Position numbers and translations under genes: made by a program | DNA from: an uncultured Pseudomonadota bacterium | GTDB lineage: Bacteria > Pseudomonadota > Alphaproteobacteria > Acetobacterales > Acetobacteraceae | Length of the DNA stretch: 64,000 bases | Direction: 5' to 3' | Assembly: GCA_963736975.1 (NCBI GenBank) | Contig: CAVTQY010000002.1 | Location: forward strand, 364,949 to 428,948 | Notes under the pieces: generated by a model | What the model saw: only the letters and a program-made list of their open reading frames with translations | What the model was told of the DNA's origin: nothing | Database searches by the model: none | In this document: positions 1 to 9,082 of the stretch, piece after piece | How the letters are laid out: every line of letters starts with the position of its first letter | Position numbering within the stretch: the first letter of the stretch is position 1

Positions 1-433
1 AGATGAACTTGCCCAGCAGGTCCTGCAGGCTGACCGCTCCCTGGGTAATGGTGATCGTTTGGCTCGGTTGCAGCATCGCCGTGTCCGCCCCGGGCTGCAC
101 CGACAGGTACTCCCCGCCCAGCAGGCTCTCGCTCGCCACCTCGATGCTGCTGTCCTTCGGCAGTTCGACCCCGTCGCGGATCGTCATTTTCACTACCGCC
201 AGATAGGTCTTCGGATCGATGCTGGCCGCATCCACCGTGCCGATCTTCACCCCGGCGATTTGTACGTCGGAGCCCGCATTCAGCCCGGCGATGCTGCTGA
301 ACCGCGCGTATAGCGGATACCCGCTTCCCACGCTCGACTGGCCGGAATGAGCCACGGCGTAGGCCAGGAATCCAACCGCGACGATAAGGACGACGGCGCC
401 GGTCAGCACCTCAACCAGATTGCGCCGAGCCAT
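1..433 (-). CDS. mlaD: MlaD/Mce-family lipid-asymmetry protein, N-terminal part (C-terminus beyond left edge)
   Basis: Hand translation of the minus strand from ATG 433-431 gives [31 protein letters not shown]...VQIAGVKIGTVDAASIDPKTYLAVVKMTIRDGVELPKDSS (TM anchor plus Mce core). The start shares one base with the stop of the upstream ORF (TGATG). It is absent from the ORF track because it runs off the window. Confidence 0.75.
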   Translation of the reverse strand, partial: MARRNLVEVLTGAVVLIVAVGFLAYAVAHSGQSSVGSGYPLYARFSSIAGLNAGSDVQIAGVKIGTVDAASIDPKTYLAVVKMTIRDGVELPKDSSIEVASESLLGGEYLSVQPGADTAMLQPSQTITITQGAVSLQDLLGKFI

Positions 434-786
434 CAGGCGCCCGGGGTCCAGGCTTCGTAATCGCCCGTCGCCGGAGCCCGCTGGCCTCCCAGGTAATCAT
501 GCCCAGGCGGCCGATAGGCCGCCGGCGTGCCGGTCGGGTTCTCGATATGCGGCTTCTGCCACGGCCGGCGCAGCGATTCTGGCAGCGGCGCGTCCGTGGT
601 GTAGTGCAGCCAGGCATGCCACTCGGGCGGCACTTTCGTCGCCTCCGGCAGCCCCCGATAGGCCACCCAGCGGCGTCCTCGCCGCCCTGGGCGCGGCCGG
701 CGCTCCTCGTAATAGATATTTCCGCCGGCGTCCGCGCCGAGGCGCCGGCCCTTCAGCCAAGTGAACAGTCTGGTACCTATGTTCAT
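433..786 (-). CDS. NDUFA12 (B17.2)-like NADH:ubiquinone oxidoreductase accessory subunit
   Basis: ORF 433..888. The family-typical sequence begins at the internal ATG (M35, nt 786): [28 protein letters not shown]...[13 protein letters not shown]. Confidence 0.8.
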   Translation of the reverse strand: MNIGTRLFTWLKGRRLGADAGGNIYYEERRPRPGRRGRRWVAYRGLPEATKVPPEWHAWLHYTTDAPLPESLRRPWQKPHIENPTGTPAAYRPPGHDYLGGQRAPATGDYEAWTPGA

Positions 787-950
787 GCCGAGGCATATAC
801 GGGCTCCCCGCTGCGAGGTCCACCGGACAGGCGCCGATTCAGAATGTTGTGGGTTCGGCGCCACTGGAGCACAAAATATGCTTTGCACCGCCGCCAGTGC
901 CCACTACGATGCCCGGCATGAAACCAAATCGCGCCTGGCATGGAGTCAGA

Positions 951-2402
951 ATGCGGCGGGCCATGGCGGCCTCCGATCCCGACGCGCCGCGCCAGGCAGT
1001 GACCCTGCCCGCATCATGGGACGATGGGGCCGCCGACGCACTTGCCGCCTTCGCGCCGGAGGCGGGCACCGTTTCGCTTCCAGTTGCGGCTGAAGCGTGG
1101 ATTCGACCGATTGCTCGGCAGGCGCAGCATATCGGCCTGGAGGCTCCCTTAGCCGAGAGGCTGCACCGGCTCCTGCTGCTCCGCCAAGGCGCGCCGACGC
1201 GGTCTGTGTGGCAAGGCAGGGCGGATGATCCCGGCTTTGTCCTCAATCTTGCGGCATTCCACGACAATACGGGCTTCGACGCACCCGCCTTTGCCGAGGC
1301 GGTGGAGACGGCAACGCTCGCGGTGGCGATCGCCGTGCCCAGCGCCACGCGGCTGCGGGTTGGTATGGCCGAGCTTTCCGGCCTTCTGGCCGCGCTCGGG
1401 ATCGGCTACGACACCCCGAGCGCGCGCGATGTTGCACGGGCACTCGCCGCCATCCTGCGCGGCCGCTCCGAAGCGGCCTCCGCCCTGCTGGCCCGCCTGC
1501 TCGGTACCACCGCACCGGCGAGCCCGTGGCCGGCCGCGCCGAGCGCGACGGCGGTGCCGGGGCTTGCCGCGGCCGCCCAGGCAGCCCGCCAGGCAGCGGG
1601 CGCCGGAGGGTTGCGGCACGCTTCACTCACGGCCATCACCATCCCCGGACCAGCCGAAGCGCTGCTGGGCATTGAAACCGGCGGAATCGCACCGGCTTTC
1701 TCTCCGCTCGGTCCTACGGGTCTGTCCCGTACCGCCCGCGCCTCGCTGGTGGCCGGCGGTATCAGCCTGGAGCAAGCTCTCGCCGGACTACTGGCCGGCG
1801 ACAACCCATTTCCGCGCGCGGACCCGGCGGCGCACGCCGCGATGCACGACGCCGTCGCGCCCTTTCTGCATGCCATGCCGCTGCGGCCGGCGGTACTCGT
1901 GCCTCCCGCAAGACAGACGACACCCGCTCGCCGGGAACTGCCGGGCCGGCGCAGCGGCTACACCCAGAAAGCGTCGGTCGGCGGCCACAAGCTCTATCTC
2001 CGTACCGGCGATTATGCCGACGGCACACTCGGCGAGATCTCGCTTGCCCTGCATAAGGAAGGCGCCGCCTTCCGCGGCTTGATGGACAGTTTCTGCGCCG
2101 CGGTCAGCATCGGCCTGCAGCACGGCGTCCCGCTTGCCGGTTTCGTCGAGGCTTTCACTCTCACGCGGTTCGGCCACGCCGGCGCCGTCGAGGGCGACCC
2201 GGCGGTGACCCAGGCCTCCTCGCTGCTGGACTACGTCTTCCGCCACCTCGCCGCTAACTATCTCGGCCGGAACGATATCCCCGAGCCGGCACCCGAAGAG
2301 CCGCCTTCGGAAACCGGGCTTCTGCCGCTCGACTTTCCGGAGGCGTCGGCCGCCGCCCGCCGTCGCAGATTCAAGGTTATTTCGCAACAGGGACGCGGCT
2401 GA
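951..2402 (+). CDS. Orphan protein with class II ribonucleotide reductase (NrdJ) C-terminal-like module (TSCPD-type)
   Basis: ORF 849..2402. The last ~110 aa ([74 protein letters not shown]...[17 protein letters not shown]) resemble the C-terminal module of B12-dependent RNR. The N-terminal ~370 aa are Ala/Pro-rich with no RNR catalytic core. The start is ambiguous (849, 909, 918 or 951). Confidence 0.55.
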   Translation: MRRAMAASDPDAPRQAVTLPASWDDGAADALAAFAPEAGTVSLPVAAEAWIRPIARQAQHIGLEAPLAERLHRLLLLRQGAPTRSVWQGRADDPGFVLNLAAFHDNTGFDAPAFAEAVETATLAVAIAVPSATRLRVGMAELSGLLAALGIGYDTPSARDVARALAAILRGRSEAASALLARLLGTTAPASPWPAAPSATAVPGLAAAAQAARQAAGAGGLRHASLTAITIPGPAEALLGIETGGIAPAFSPLGPTGLSRTARASLVAGGISLEQALAGLLAGDNPFPRADPAAHAAMHDAVAPFLHAMPLRPAVLVPPARQTTPARRELPGRRSGYTQKASVGGHKLYLRTGDYADGTLGEISLALHKEGAAFRGLMDSFCAAVSIGLQHGVPLAGFVEAFTLTRFGHAGAVEGDPAVTQASSLLDYVFRHLAANYLGRNDIPEPAPEEPPSETGLLPLDFPEASAAARRRRFKVISQQGRG

Positions 2403-2453
2403 CCACGGCGCTGGAGTGTCCCGCGGACCCGGTCTAGCTTTGCCTTCTGCCTT

Positions 2454-2556
2454 AGAGCATGATCGCTTCTGGTAGGGCGAAGCGATCATGCTCTGACTCA
2501 CTGTTTGAGAGCGATTCACGCTTTCCGACGTGGCCGCCTCAAGCGGTCACGCTCTA
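2454..2556. repeat. Two-module REP-like intergenic element, copy 1
   Basis: Module A is a perfect 16-bp stem, AGAGCATGATCGCTTC (2454-2469) / GAAGCGATCATGCTCT (2479-2494). Module B (2508-2556) is an inverted repeat, AGAGCG..ATTCACGC...GCGGTCACGCTCT. The same element recurs at 51870-51971, and module B alone at 7527-7576. Confidence 0.85.
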
Positions 2557-2561
2557 AGGAG

Positions 2562-3035
2562 ATGGCGATGGCCAGCCTGATCGACGCGAAACTGGCGGAA
2601 CTCGGCATCACCATTCCCGCCCCCATGGCACCCGTCGCCAATTACGTTCCATACGTCGTGACTGGCCGACTGGTGATGGTTTCGGGCCAGGTGCCGGCAG
2701 TCGATGGGAAAATCACGGTCACCGGCAAGCTTGGCGGTACGGTTTCCATCGAGCAGGGCCAGCAGGCGGCCCAGCGTTGCTTCATCAACGTGCTCGCCCA
2801 CCTGAAGACCGCTTGCGACGGTCGGCTCGACCGGGTGCGCCGGGTCGTTCGGCTCGGCGGCTTCATCGCCTGCACGCCGGAGTTCGACCAACAGGCGCGC
2901 GTCATGAACGGTGCCTCGGATTTAGCAGTGGCGGTGTTCGGCGAAGCCGGCCGGCATGCCCGGACTACTATCGGTGTCGCCGCCTTGCCGCTCGATGTCC
3001 CGGTCGAGGTGGAGGGTCTTTTTGAAATCGATTGA
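2562..3035 (+). CDS. ridA: RidA/YjgF-family reactive-intermediate deaminase
   Basis: ORF 2505..3035, internal ATG 2562 preceded by AAGGAG. Sequence MAMASLIDAKLAELGITIPAP...VVTGRLVMVSGQ...RTTIGVAALPLDVPVEVEGLFEID is typical of YjgF/RidA. Confidence 0.85.
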   Translation: MAMASLIDAKLAELGITIPAPMAPVANYVPYVVTGRLVMVSGQVPAVDGKITVTGKLGGTVSIEQGQQAAQRCFINVLAHLKTACDGRLDRVRRVVRLGGFIACTPEFDQQARVMNGASDLAVAVFGEAGRHARTTIGVAALPLDVPVEVEGLFEID

Positions 3036-3060
3036 AGCCAATGGATAATGCCCGGGGACA

Positions 3061-4218
3061 ATGCCTGACGGATCGGCCGCCCTAACCCTCACGCTGCACA
3101 CCGCGATCGCCGAGATTCCCGCCGCCGAGTGGGATGCTTGCGCCGGCGCGGGCAACCCTTTCGTCAGCCACGCCTTCCTCTCCGCGGTCGAGGACAGCGG
3201 TTCCGCCGGCGCGCGCACCGGCTGGCTGCCGCAACACGCCGTATTGCGCGACGGCGGCGGGCAGATCCTGGCCGTCGCGCCGATGTACGCGAAATCGCAC
3301 AGCTACGGCGAGTACGTCTTCGACCACGGGTGGGCGAATGCGCTGGAACGCGCCAGCGGCGATTATTATCCCAAGCTACAGGTCGCGGTCCCTTTCAGCC
3401 CGGTGCCGGGACCACGGCTCCTGCTGCGTCCTGAAGGCGGGATCGTGCCGGCGGTGCTCGCCGCCGCTTTGGCCCAAGCCTGCCGGGAGCTTAGCCTCTC
3501 GTCCGTGCACGTCACCTTCTGCACCGAGCCCGAGTGGACAGCGCTCGGCGAAGCCGGCTGGCTGCAGCGGTTGGGGATGCAGTTCCATTGGGAGAACGCC
3601 GGCTACACGGGCTTCGAGGACTTCCTCGCTGCCTTGTCCTCGCGCAAGCGCAAAGTCCTCCGGCGCGAGCGCCGCGACGCCAATGCCGCCGGACTCGTCT
3701 TCAAGGAGCTGTCCGGTGCGGACATCACGGAGGCGCACTGGGACGCCTTCTATCGCTTCTACCGCTCCACCGTGGACCGTAAATGGGGCGGCGCGTATCT
3801 GACCCGGCGCTTTTTCTCGTTGGTCGGTGAACGGCTGGGCCAGCAGGTCGTGCTGATGCTGGCGGAGAATGCGGGGAAGCCGGTCGCCGGTGCACTTAAT
3901 CTGGCCGGCCGAGATACGCTGTATGGCCGCAACTGGGGCTGCCGCGGCGATTGGCCGTTCCTGCATTTCGAGCTGTGCTATTACCGCGCGATCGACTGGG
4001 CGATCACCCACGGGCTTCAGCGCGTCGAAGCCGGCGCCCAAGGACGGCACAAAATCCAGCGCGGTTATCTGCCGCGGCCGACCTATTCGGCGCATTGGAT
4101 CACGCATGGCGGGCTGCGCCGGGCTGTCGCCGCCTTTCTGGACAGCGAGCGCCCGCAAGTCCGCGCCGAGATGACCGCGCTCGCCGCGGACTCGCCGTAC
4201 CGGCACGAAGGGGGATAA
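3061..4218 (+). CDS. FemAB-like GNAT N-acetyltransferase family protein (DUF482/COG3146 type)
   Basis: 385-aa ORF. MYAKSHSYGEYVFDHGWANALERASGDYYPKLQVAVPFSPVPGPRLL and ...GAQGRHKIQRGYLPRPTYSAHWI are characteristic of this family. Confidence 0.75.
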   Translation: MPDGSAALTLTLHTAIAEIPAAEWDACAGAGNPFVSHAFLSAVEDSGSAGARTGWLPQHAVLRDGGGQILAVAPMYAKSHSYGEYVFDHGWANALERASGDYYPKLQVAVPFSPVPGPRLLLRPEGGIVPAVLAAALAQACRELSLSSVHVTFCTEPEWTALGEAGWLQRLGMQFHWENAGYTGFEDFLAALSSRKRKVLRRERRDANAAGLVFKELSGADITEAHWDAFYRFYRSTVDRKWGGAYLTRRFFSLVGERLGQQVVLMLAENAGKPVAGALNLAGRDTLYGRNWGCRGDWPFLHFELCYYRAIDWAITHGLQRVEAGAQGRHKIQRGYLPRPTYSAHWITHGGLRRAVAAFLDSERPQVRAEMTALAADSPYRHEGG

Positions 4219-4229
4219 GCGCGCTCAAG

Positions 4230-4291
4230 GGCCGGCGATCACGCCGGCCGGCCGTGACCCCCCTGTGTTCGCTGCCCTGCGACAGCGAACA
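4230..4291. terminator. Two GC-rich hairpins between convergent genes (terminator-like, no T-tract)
   Basis: GGCCGGCG-atca-CGCCGGCC at 4230-4249 and TGTTCGCTG-ccctgcga-CAGCGAACA at 4266-4291, placed between the stops of 3061..4218(+) and 4379..4849(-). Confidence 0.3.
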
Positions 4292-4378
4292 ACGGGGGCC
4301 AGTCCAGAGGCCTTCCGAGTATCCGATTCCCGCGTCGAAGCGTGCGGGGGAGCGCCTCACGCTTCTCTGCGACGGATA

Positions 4379-4849
4379 CTAGAACGCCAACCGCGCTTCC
4401 GACTTGGCGATTGCCGCGTCGAACGCAGCCAGTACCTGCGCGTGCGTCGAGCGGTCGTTCATCTTCTCGACATGGCTATACCCCCGCAGCACCGCTTCAG
4501 TGCGCAACAGGTCCTTCGCTTCCTCGAAGGCCCGCGGGTCGCGCAGCACACGTGCCGCAGCCTGCAGAGCGCCCATGGCGCAGCGACGGCCACGCACCGT
4601 CTCATAGCGGCCCTGCACCCATTTGTCCTCGAGTTCGATCAGTGCCCGCGCGGCGCGCAGCAGTTGGATCGCGGACACGTCGGAGGGAAGGACCGGATCG
4701 CCGGGTGCCAGCGACCACATCGGCACCGCGCGCGCATGCGTCAGCAGCGCGGCGACAGCACTGCGGATGAACGAGCCGAAACCGGTAGGAGCCACCGGCT
4801 CGGCAACGTGGACGGGAGGAACGCGGAACTCGGTTCCATCGAAAGGCAT
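4379..4849 (-). CDS. Hypothetical protein
   Basis: 156-aa ORF with coding-like G/C third positions. The motif EDKWVQGRYETVRGRRCAMGALQAAARVL loosely recalls small phage/actinobacterial DUF proteins. No confident family assignment. Confidence 0.5.
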   Translation of the reverse strand: MPFDGTEFRVPPVHVAEPVAPTGFGSFIRSAVAALLTHARAVPMWSLAPGDPVLPSDVSAIQLLRAARALIELEDKWVQGRYETVRGRRCAMGALQAAARVLRDPRAFEEAKDLLRTEAVLRGYSHVEKMNDRSTHAQVLAAFDAAIAKSEARLAF

Positions 4850-4955
4850 GAGTGATCCCCTTTCGTTGCGAGAGGCGTCAGCCTGAACGCCAGCCCGTGA
4901 ACCTCGTTCAACTCATCTCCTCGTGCCCGGGCCGGCCGGCAGCACGAGGAGCATA

Positions 4956-5738
4956 TCAACGGCCGCGGAACACAGGGCGCCTCTTTTCGGCGAAAGCGGT
5001 GACCGCCTCGCGGTGGTCCTCGCTGAGACCGGTGCGCGCCTGATGCACCGCCTCCATTTCCAGTACCGCCGCCAAAGGCTCCGTCTCGGCGGCATGCAAG
5101 TTGAGTTTCATATAACCATAGGCAAGGCGAGGACCTGCTGCAATGCGCCGGGCAAGCTGCATCGTCTCGTCCATGAGTACCGCATCGTCAGTCAGCTGGT
5201 TGACCAGCCCGATGGACACCGCTGTTTCGGCGTCGATCGTCTCTCCCAGCACATACAACTCACGCGCTTTGGCAGCCCCGACGAGGCGAGTCAGCAGCCA
5301 GGAGCCGCCGAAATCGCCCGAATATCCGATGCCCGAAAACCCTGTGCCAAAACGCGCGGAGCGAGCGGCAACACGGAAATCGCAGGCCATGGCGAGCCCT
5401 AGGCCAGCGCCGACCGCGGGCCCATTCACCATAGCGATGATCACTTTCGGGTGGCTGCGCATCAGCAGCGGCACCTGATGCATACGGCGCAGGCGCTGCA
5501 CACGCTGCTCGAAGGTCTGGTGCGCACGACCTGCCATGTCTTTCACGTCGCCCCCGGCGCAAAAGGCGCGACCGGCGCCGGTCAAAACGATGGCGCCAAC
5601 CGAGGCGTCGTCCGCTAGCCGGGTCAACGCCGCGTACAGCGTCGCCAGCATGTCCGGCGAGAAAGCGTTCAGCCGATCAGGCCGGTTGAGTGTCAACACG
5701 GCGACGCAATCGTCGATCGCTTCGGTCAGGTCGGTCAT
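4956..5738 (-). CDS. Enoyl-CoA hydratase/isomerase (crotonase) family protein
   Basis: 260 aa with LTLNRPDRLNAF...IVLTGAGRAFCAGGDVKDM...KVIIAMVNGPAVGAGLGLAMACDFRVAA, the crotonase oxyanion-hole motifs. Confidence 0.85.
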   Translation of the reverse strand: MTDLTEAIDDCVAVLTLNRPDRLNAFSPDMLATLYAALTRLADDASVGAIVLTGAGRAFCAGGDVKDMAGRAHQTFEQRVQRLRRMHQVPLLMRSHPKVIIAMVNGPAVGAGLGLAMACDFRVAARSARFGTGFSGIGYSGDFGGSWLLTRLVGAAKARELYVLGETIDAETAVSIGLVNQLTDDAVLMDETMQLARRIAAGPRLAYGYMKLNLHAAETEPLAAVLEMEAVHQARTGLSEDHREAVTAFAEKRRPVFRGR

Positions 5739-5825
5739 CGATCCTCCAGCGGGGGACGGTAACCGCCGTTGCTCGGTGCTTCAACCGCTGCGAGAGAACC
5801 CGCAGCACGCCGGACCGGGAAGGCC

Positions 5826-6140
5826 TCAGCGCAAGAGGGTGATGGCTGCGAGGCCGGCGCCATACGAGGCGACAATCGCGGCGACCAATACCCCGAGCAC
5901 GCCCCACATGTAGAGTTTGCTCGGCTTATCGGCGAGTTCCGCACGGAGTTCAGCCACCTCCGCCTTGGTCGCAAGGTGCGGCAGGGTGCTGTCCAGCGTC
6001 GCCAGGATACGGACGAGCATCGGGACGATCTGGCCGAGCACCGACTTCACCTCGCGCATATAGTCCTCCAGCCGGGATACGCGTCGTTCCAGCCCGGGAT
6101 CGTATCGTCCGGGACCGGCAGGTTCAAGGGTATCGGGCAT
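5826..6140 (-). CDS. Small coiled-coil protein with C-terminal transmembrane anchor (hypothetical)
   Basis: 104 aa. A heptad-like region (RVSRLEDYMREVKSVLGQIV...KAEVAELRAELADK) is followed by the hydrophobic tail LYMWGVLGVLVAAIVASYGAGLAAITLL. Confidence 0.45.
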   Translation of the reverse strand: MPDTLEPAGPGRYDPGLERRVSRLEDYMREVKSVLGQIVPMLVRILATLDSTLPHLATKAEVAELRAELADKPSKLYMWGVLGVLVAAIVASYGAGLAAITLLR

Positions 6141-6161
6141 CCGCGGCTCCTTGCCGGTTGC

Positions 6162-6872
6162 CTACCGCGTGGAGGTGAAAGATTGCTCCATGCCGACCTG
6201 TTCCAGGTGGTGCAGCAAGCTGCGCCGCGCCTTCGCGGCGTGGCGCGCAAGCAGGAGCAGCAACGGGAGCTGTCCCGGTTGTCGCGCCAGCGATGCGATG
6301 ATGTGGCCAAGCGCGATCGCGCCACGCGTATCCAGCCCTGCGAGTGCGGCGGGGGGAAGTGGCCGAGAAGCGGGATCACAAATCACGCGCAACACCGCAA
6401 ATGGCAGCCCGCGTTCAGTTGCCGCGACAGCGACGGCACCGCTCTCGAGATCGATCGCCGCACACCCGGTTTGCTGCCACAAGCTCTGTTTTTCATCCGG
6501 GGCTGCGGCGATCCGTTCCGCGCCGAGCACCGTGTCGAGTGTCGGTCCGGCAAACCTGCGACAGAGTCGAGGATCGGTCGGAAACCGATTTCTCCCCACG
6601 AGCACCGCTGCGGGAACGACAATCGTGCCGGCGGGTAACGCTGGATCCAGGCCACCAGCCAAACCGAAGCTCAGCAGTGCGGAGACGCCATCCGCGATCA
6701 GACGAAGCGCTGCGTGACGCGCCCCGGCACTGGTGCCACCGCCGATCGCCACATGACCGAGCCGGCGCGCAAGCCGCGCCTCGGCAGCGAACCCGACGAC
6801 GATACCTACTGCTCCGAATGGTCCGCTCAGCGTGTCACCAGCGTTCCGTGGCGGGTTTCTTCCGGGAGACAC
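6162..6872 (-). CDS. PNP/UDP phosphorylase-family protein, hopanoid-associated HpnG-like
   Basis: GIVVGFAAEARL..., SFGLAGGLDPALPAGTIVV..., AAIDLESGAVAVAATERGLPFAVLRVICDPASRPLPPAAL match the HpnG-type nucleosidase pattern. The start is uncertain because the ORF overlaps the upstream SDR gene by 46 nt. Confidence 0.6.
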   Translation of the reverse strand: MSPGRNPPRNAGDTLSGPFGAVGIVVGFAAEARLARRLGHVAIGGGTSAGARHAALRLIADGVSALLSFGLAGGLDPALPAGTIVVPAAVLVGRNRFPTDPRLCRRFAGPTLDTVLGAERIAAAPDEKQSLWQQTGCAAIDLESGAVAVAATERGLPFAVLRVICDPASRPLPPAALAGLDTRGAIALGHIIASLARQPGQLPLLLLLARHAAKARRSLLHHLEQVGMEQSFTSTR

Positions 6873-7525
6873 AGGGCGGCCAGTGCCGGTGCCACGTCGG
6901 CCGGTTTGGGCAATGCGTCAGGTATCTCGCCGGGATAGGCAGTGCGTCGCAGCCGCGTGGCCACCGGCCCCGGATCGAACAGGTTGACCCGCAGCCGGCT
7001 GTTGGCGACCTCGTCGGCCCAGGTCAACACGAGGTGCTCCAGCGCCGCTTTGCTGGCGCCGTATGCACCCCAATAGGCTTTCGGTGCGCGCGCCCGCGCC
7101 ACGGTTACAAACACCGCTCGCCCGGCTGGCGCAGCCCGCAACAGCGCATCGCAACTCCAAATCAGGCGCCATGCGGCGGTCGTGTTCACGGCCATTGCAT
7201 CGGCCCATTCCTCGGCGGTGAGATGCGCCACCGGCGTCACCCGCCCGAGTGATCCGGCGCCGTGCACTAAAACATCCAGCCGTTGGAAGCGCTGATACAG
7301 GCTCGGGCCGATCGCATCGAGTTGCTCGGCTTGGTGCAGATCGACGGGCAGCAGCGTCGCGGACCCGCCGGCCGCGCGGATCGCATCGTCGGTCTCTTCC
7401 AGCCCGCCGGGCGTACGTGCGGTTATCACCACATGGGCGCCCAGACGGGCGAGCTCGATCGCCGCGGCGGCCCCGATCCCGCGGCTCGCCCCGGTGACCA
7501 GTGCCACACTGCCCTTAAGCCGCAT
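6827..7525 (-). CDS. SDR-family oxidoreductase
   Basis: ORF 6827..7540, start taken at M6 (7525). MRLKGSVALVTGASRGIGAAAAIELARLGAHVVITAR contains the TGxxxGxG Rossmann motif, and ...YGASKAALEHL contains YxxxK. Confidence 0.8.
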   Translation of the reverse strand: MRLKGSVALVTGASRGIGAAAAIELARLGAHVVITARTPGGLEETDDAIRAAGGSATLLPVDLHQAEQLDAIGPSLYQRFQRLDVLVHGAGSLGRVTPVAHLTAEEWADAMAVNTTAAWRLIWSCDALLRAAPAGRAVFVTVARARAPKAYWGAYGASKAALEHLVLTWADEVANSRLRVNLFDPGPVATRLRRTAYPGEIPDALPKPADVAPALAALCLPEETRHGTLVTR

Positions 7526-7526
7526 G

Positions 7527-7576
7527 AGAGCGTGATGCACGCTTTCCGACGTATCCGCCTCCAGCGATCACGCTCT
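7527..7576. repeat. REP-like element, module B only, copy 2
   Basis: AGAGCGTGATGCACGCTTTCCGACGTATCCGCCTCCAGCGATCACGCTCT. It fills the purF-SDR spacer, overlaps the purF stop (7575-7577) and ends 1 nt from the SDR start codon (7525-7523). Confidence 0.85.
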
Positions 7577-9074
7577 AATGCGAGTCGAGGAGGCTGAGCT
7601 GGCGCTCGACGTTGTCGCCCTGATCGGGCCGGGGAATCGGATAATCGCCGGTGAAACAAGCGTCGCAGTAATAGGGCCGCACCGGGTCGCGATCCTGCTT
7701 GCCGAGCGCGCGGTAGAGGCCGTCGAGCGAGATGAACGCCAGGCTGTCCGCGCCGATCTGCTCGGCCATTTCGTCGAGGGAGTAGCACGCCGCCAGCAGC
7801 TGGCCGCGCTCTGGGGTATCGATGCCGTAGAAGCAGGAATGCGTGGTGGGCGGCGAGGAGATGCGCATGTGCACCTCGCCGGCTCCCGCCTGGCGAACCA
7901 TCTCGACGATCTTGCGGCTGGTGGTGCCGCGCACGATCGAATCATCTACCAGCACGACGCGGCGGCCTTCGAGGATGGCGCGATTGGCGGAATGCTTGAG
8001 CTTCACGCCGAGGTTACGGATGTGCTCGGTCGGCTCGATAAAGGTGCGGCCGACATAATGGTTGCGGATGATGCCCAGCTCGAAAGGAATGCCGCTTTCC
8101 ACCGCATAACCCATGGCCGCCGGCACGCCGGAATCGGGCACCGGCACGATCACGTCGGCCGGCACGCCTGACTCGCGGGCCAGCTCCGCGCCGATGCGTT
8201 TGCGCGCATCGTAAACCGGCATGCCCTCCATCACGGAGTCCGGGCGGGCAAAGTAGATATATTCGAACACGCAGAACCGCTCGCGAGCCCGGGTGAACGG
8301 CTTGATGCTACGCACGCCCTGATCGTTGATCACCACGACCTCGCCGGGCTCCACGTCGCGCACGAACTCGGCGCCGACGATGTCGAGCGCGCAACTCTCG
8401 CTGGCCAGCACCCAACCGCCGGTGCCCTCGGAGCCGATCCGTCCCCCGTCGGCGGAGCCGACGATACGGCCAAGAATAAGCGGGCGGACGCCCAGCGGAT
8501 CGCGCACGCCCAGCAGCGCTTCATTGGATAGCGCGACCAGCGAATAGGCGCCGACCACCTGCTTGATCGCGTCGATCAGCCGGTCCGCGACCGTGGAATA
8601 AAGGCTGATCGCGATCAGGTGGATGAACACCTCGGAATCGGTGGTGGACTGAAACAGGCAGCCGCGCCGCACCAGGGACCGGCGCAGGATATGCGCGTTG
8701 GTCAGGTTGCCGTTATGTGCCACCGCGAGGCCGCCGAACTCGAAATCGGCGTAGAGCGGCTGCACGTTGCGCAGGACCGTCGCGCCGGTCGTCGCATAAC
8801 GGTTGTGGCCGATCGCGGACTGCCCCGGCAGGGAGGCGATCACCCGTGCATCGCCGAAATTGTCGCCGACCAGTCCCATGCCTTTGTGCGAGTGGAACCG
8901 CGCCCCGTCGAAACTGACGATCCCGCTCGCCTCCTGCCCGCGGTGCTGCAGGGCGTGCAGACCGAGTGCGGTCACTGCCGCCGCATCGGGCACGCTCCAG
9001 ATGCCGAAGACGCCGCACTCCTCGTGCGGCTTGTCATCGGTCAAATCGTCCGGTTCAGGCGACGCGGGTGGCAT
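7575..9074 (-). CDS. purF: Amidophosphoribosyltransferase
   Basis: ORF 7575..9221, start taken at M50 (9074, GGAGAG upstream). HEECGVFGIW...LQHRGQEASGIV...AIGHNRYATTG...DSGVPAAMGYA...VVLVDDSIVRGTTSRKIV. Confidence 0.95.
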   Translation of the reverse strand: MPPASPEPDDLTDDKPHEECGVFGIWSVPDAAAVTALGLHALQHRGQEASGIVSFDGARFHSHKGMGLVGDNFGDARVIASLPGQSAIGHNRYATTGATVLRNVQPLYADFEFGGLAVAHNGNLTNAHILRRSLVRRGCLFQSTTDSEVFIHLIAISLYSTVADRLIDAIKQVVGAYSLVALSNEALLGVRDPLGVRPLILGRIVGSADGGRIGSEGTGGWVLASESCALDIVGAEFVRDVEPGEVVVINDQGVRSIKPFTRARERFCVFEYIYFARPDSVMEGMPVYDARKRIGAELARESGVPADVIVPVPDSGVPAAMGYAVESGIPFELGIIRNHYVGRTFIEPTEHIRNLGVKLKHSANRAILEGRRVVLVDDSIVRGTTSRKIVEMVRQAGAGEVHMRISSPPTTHSCFYGIDTPERGQLLAACYSLDEMAEQIGADSLAFISLDGLYRALGKQDRDPVRPYYCDACFTGDYPIPRPDQGDNVERQLSLLDSH

Positions 9075-9082
9075 ACGCTCTC

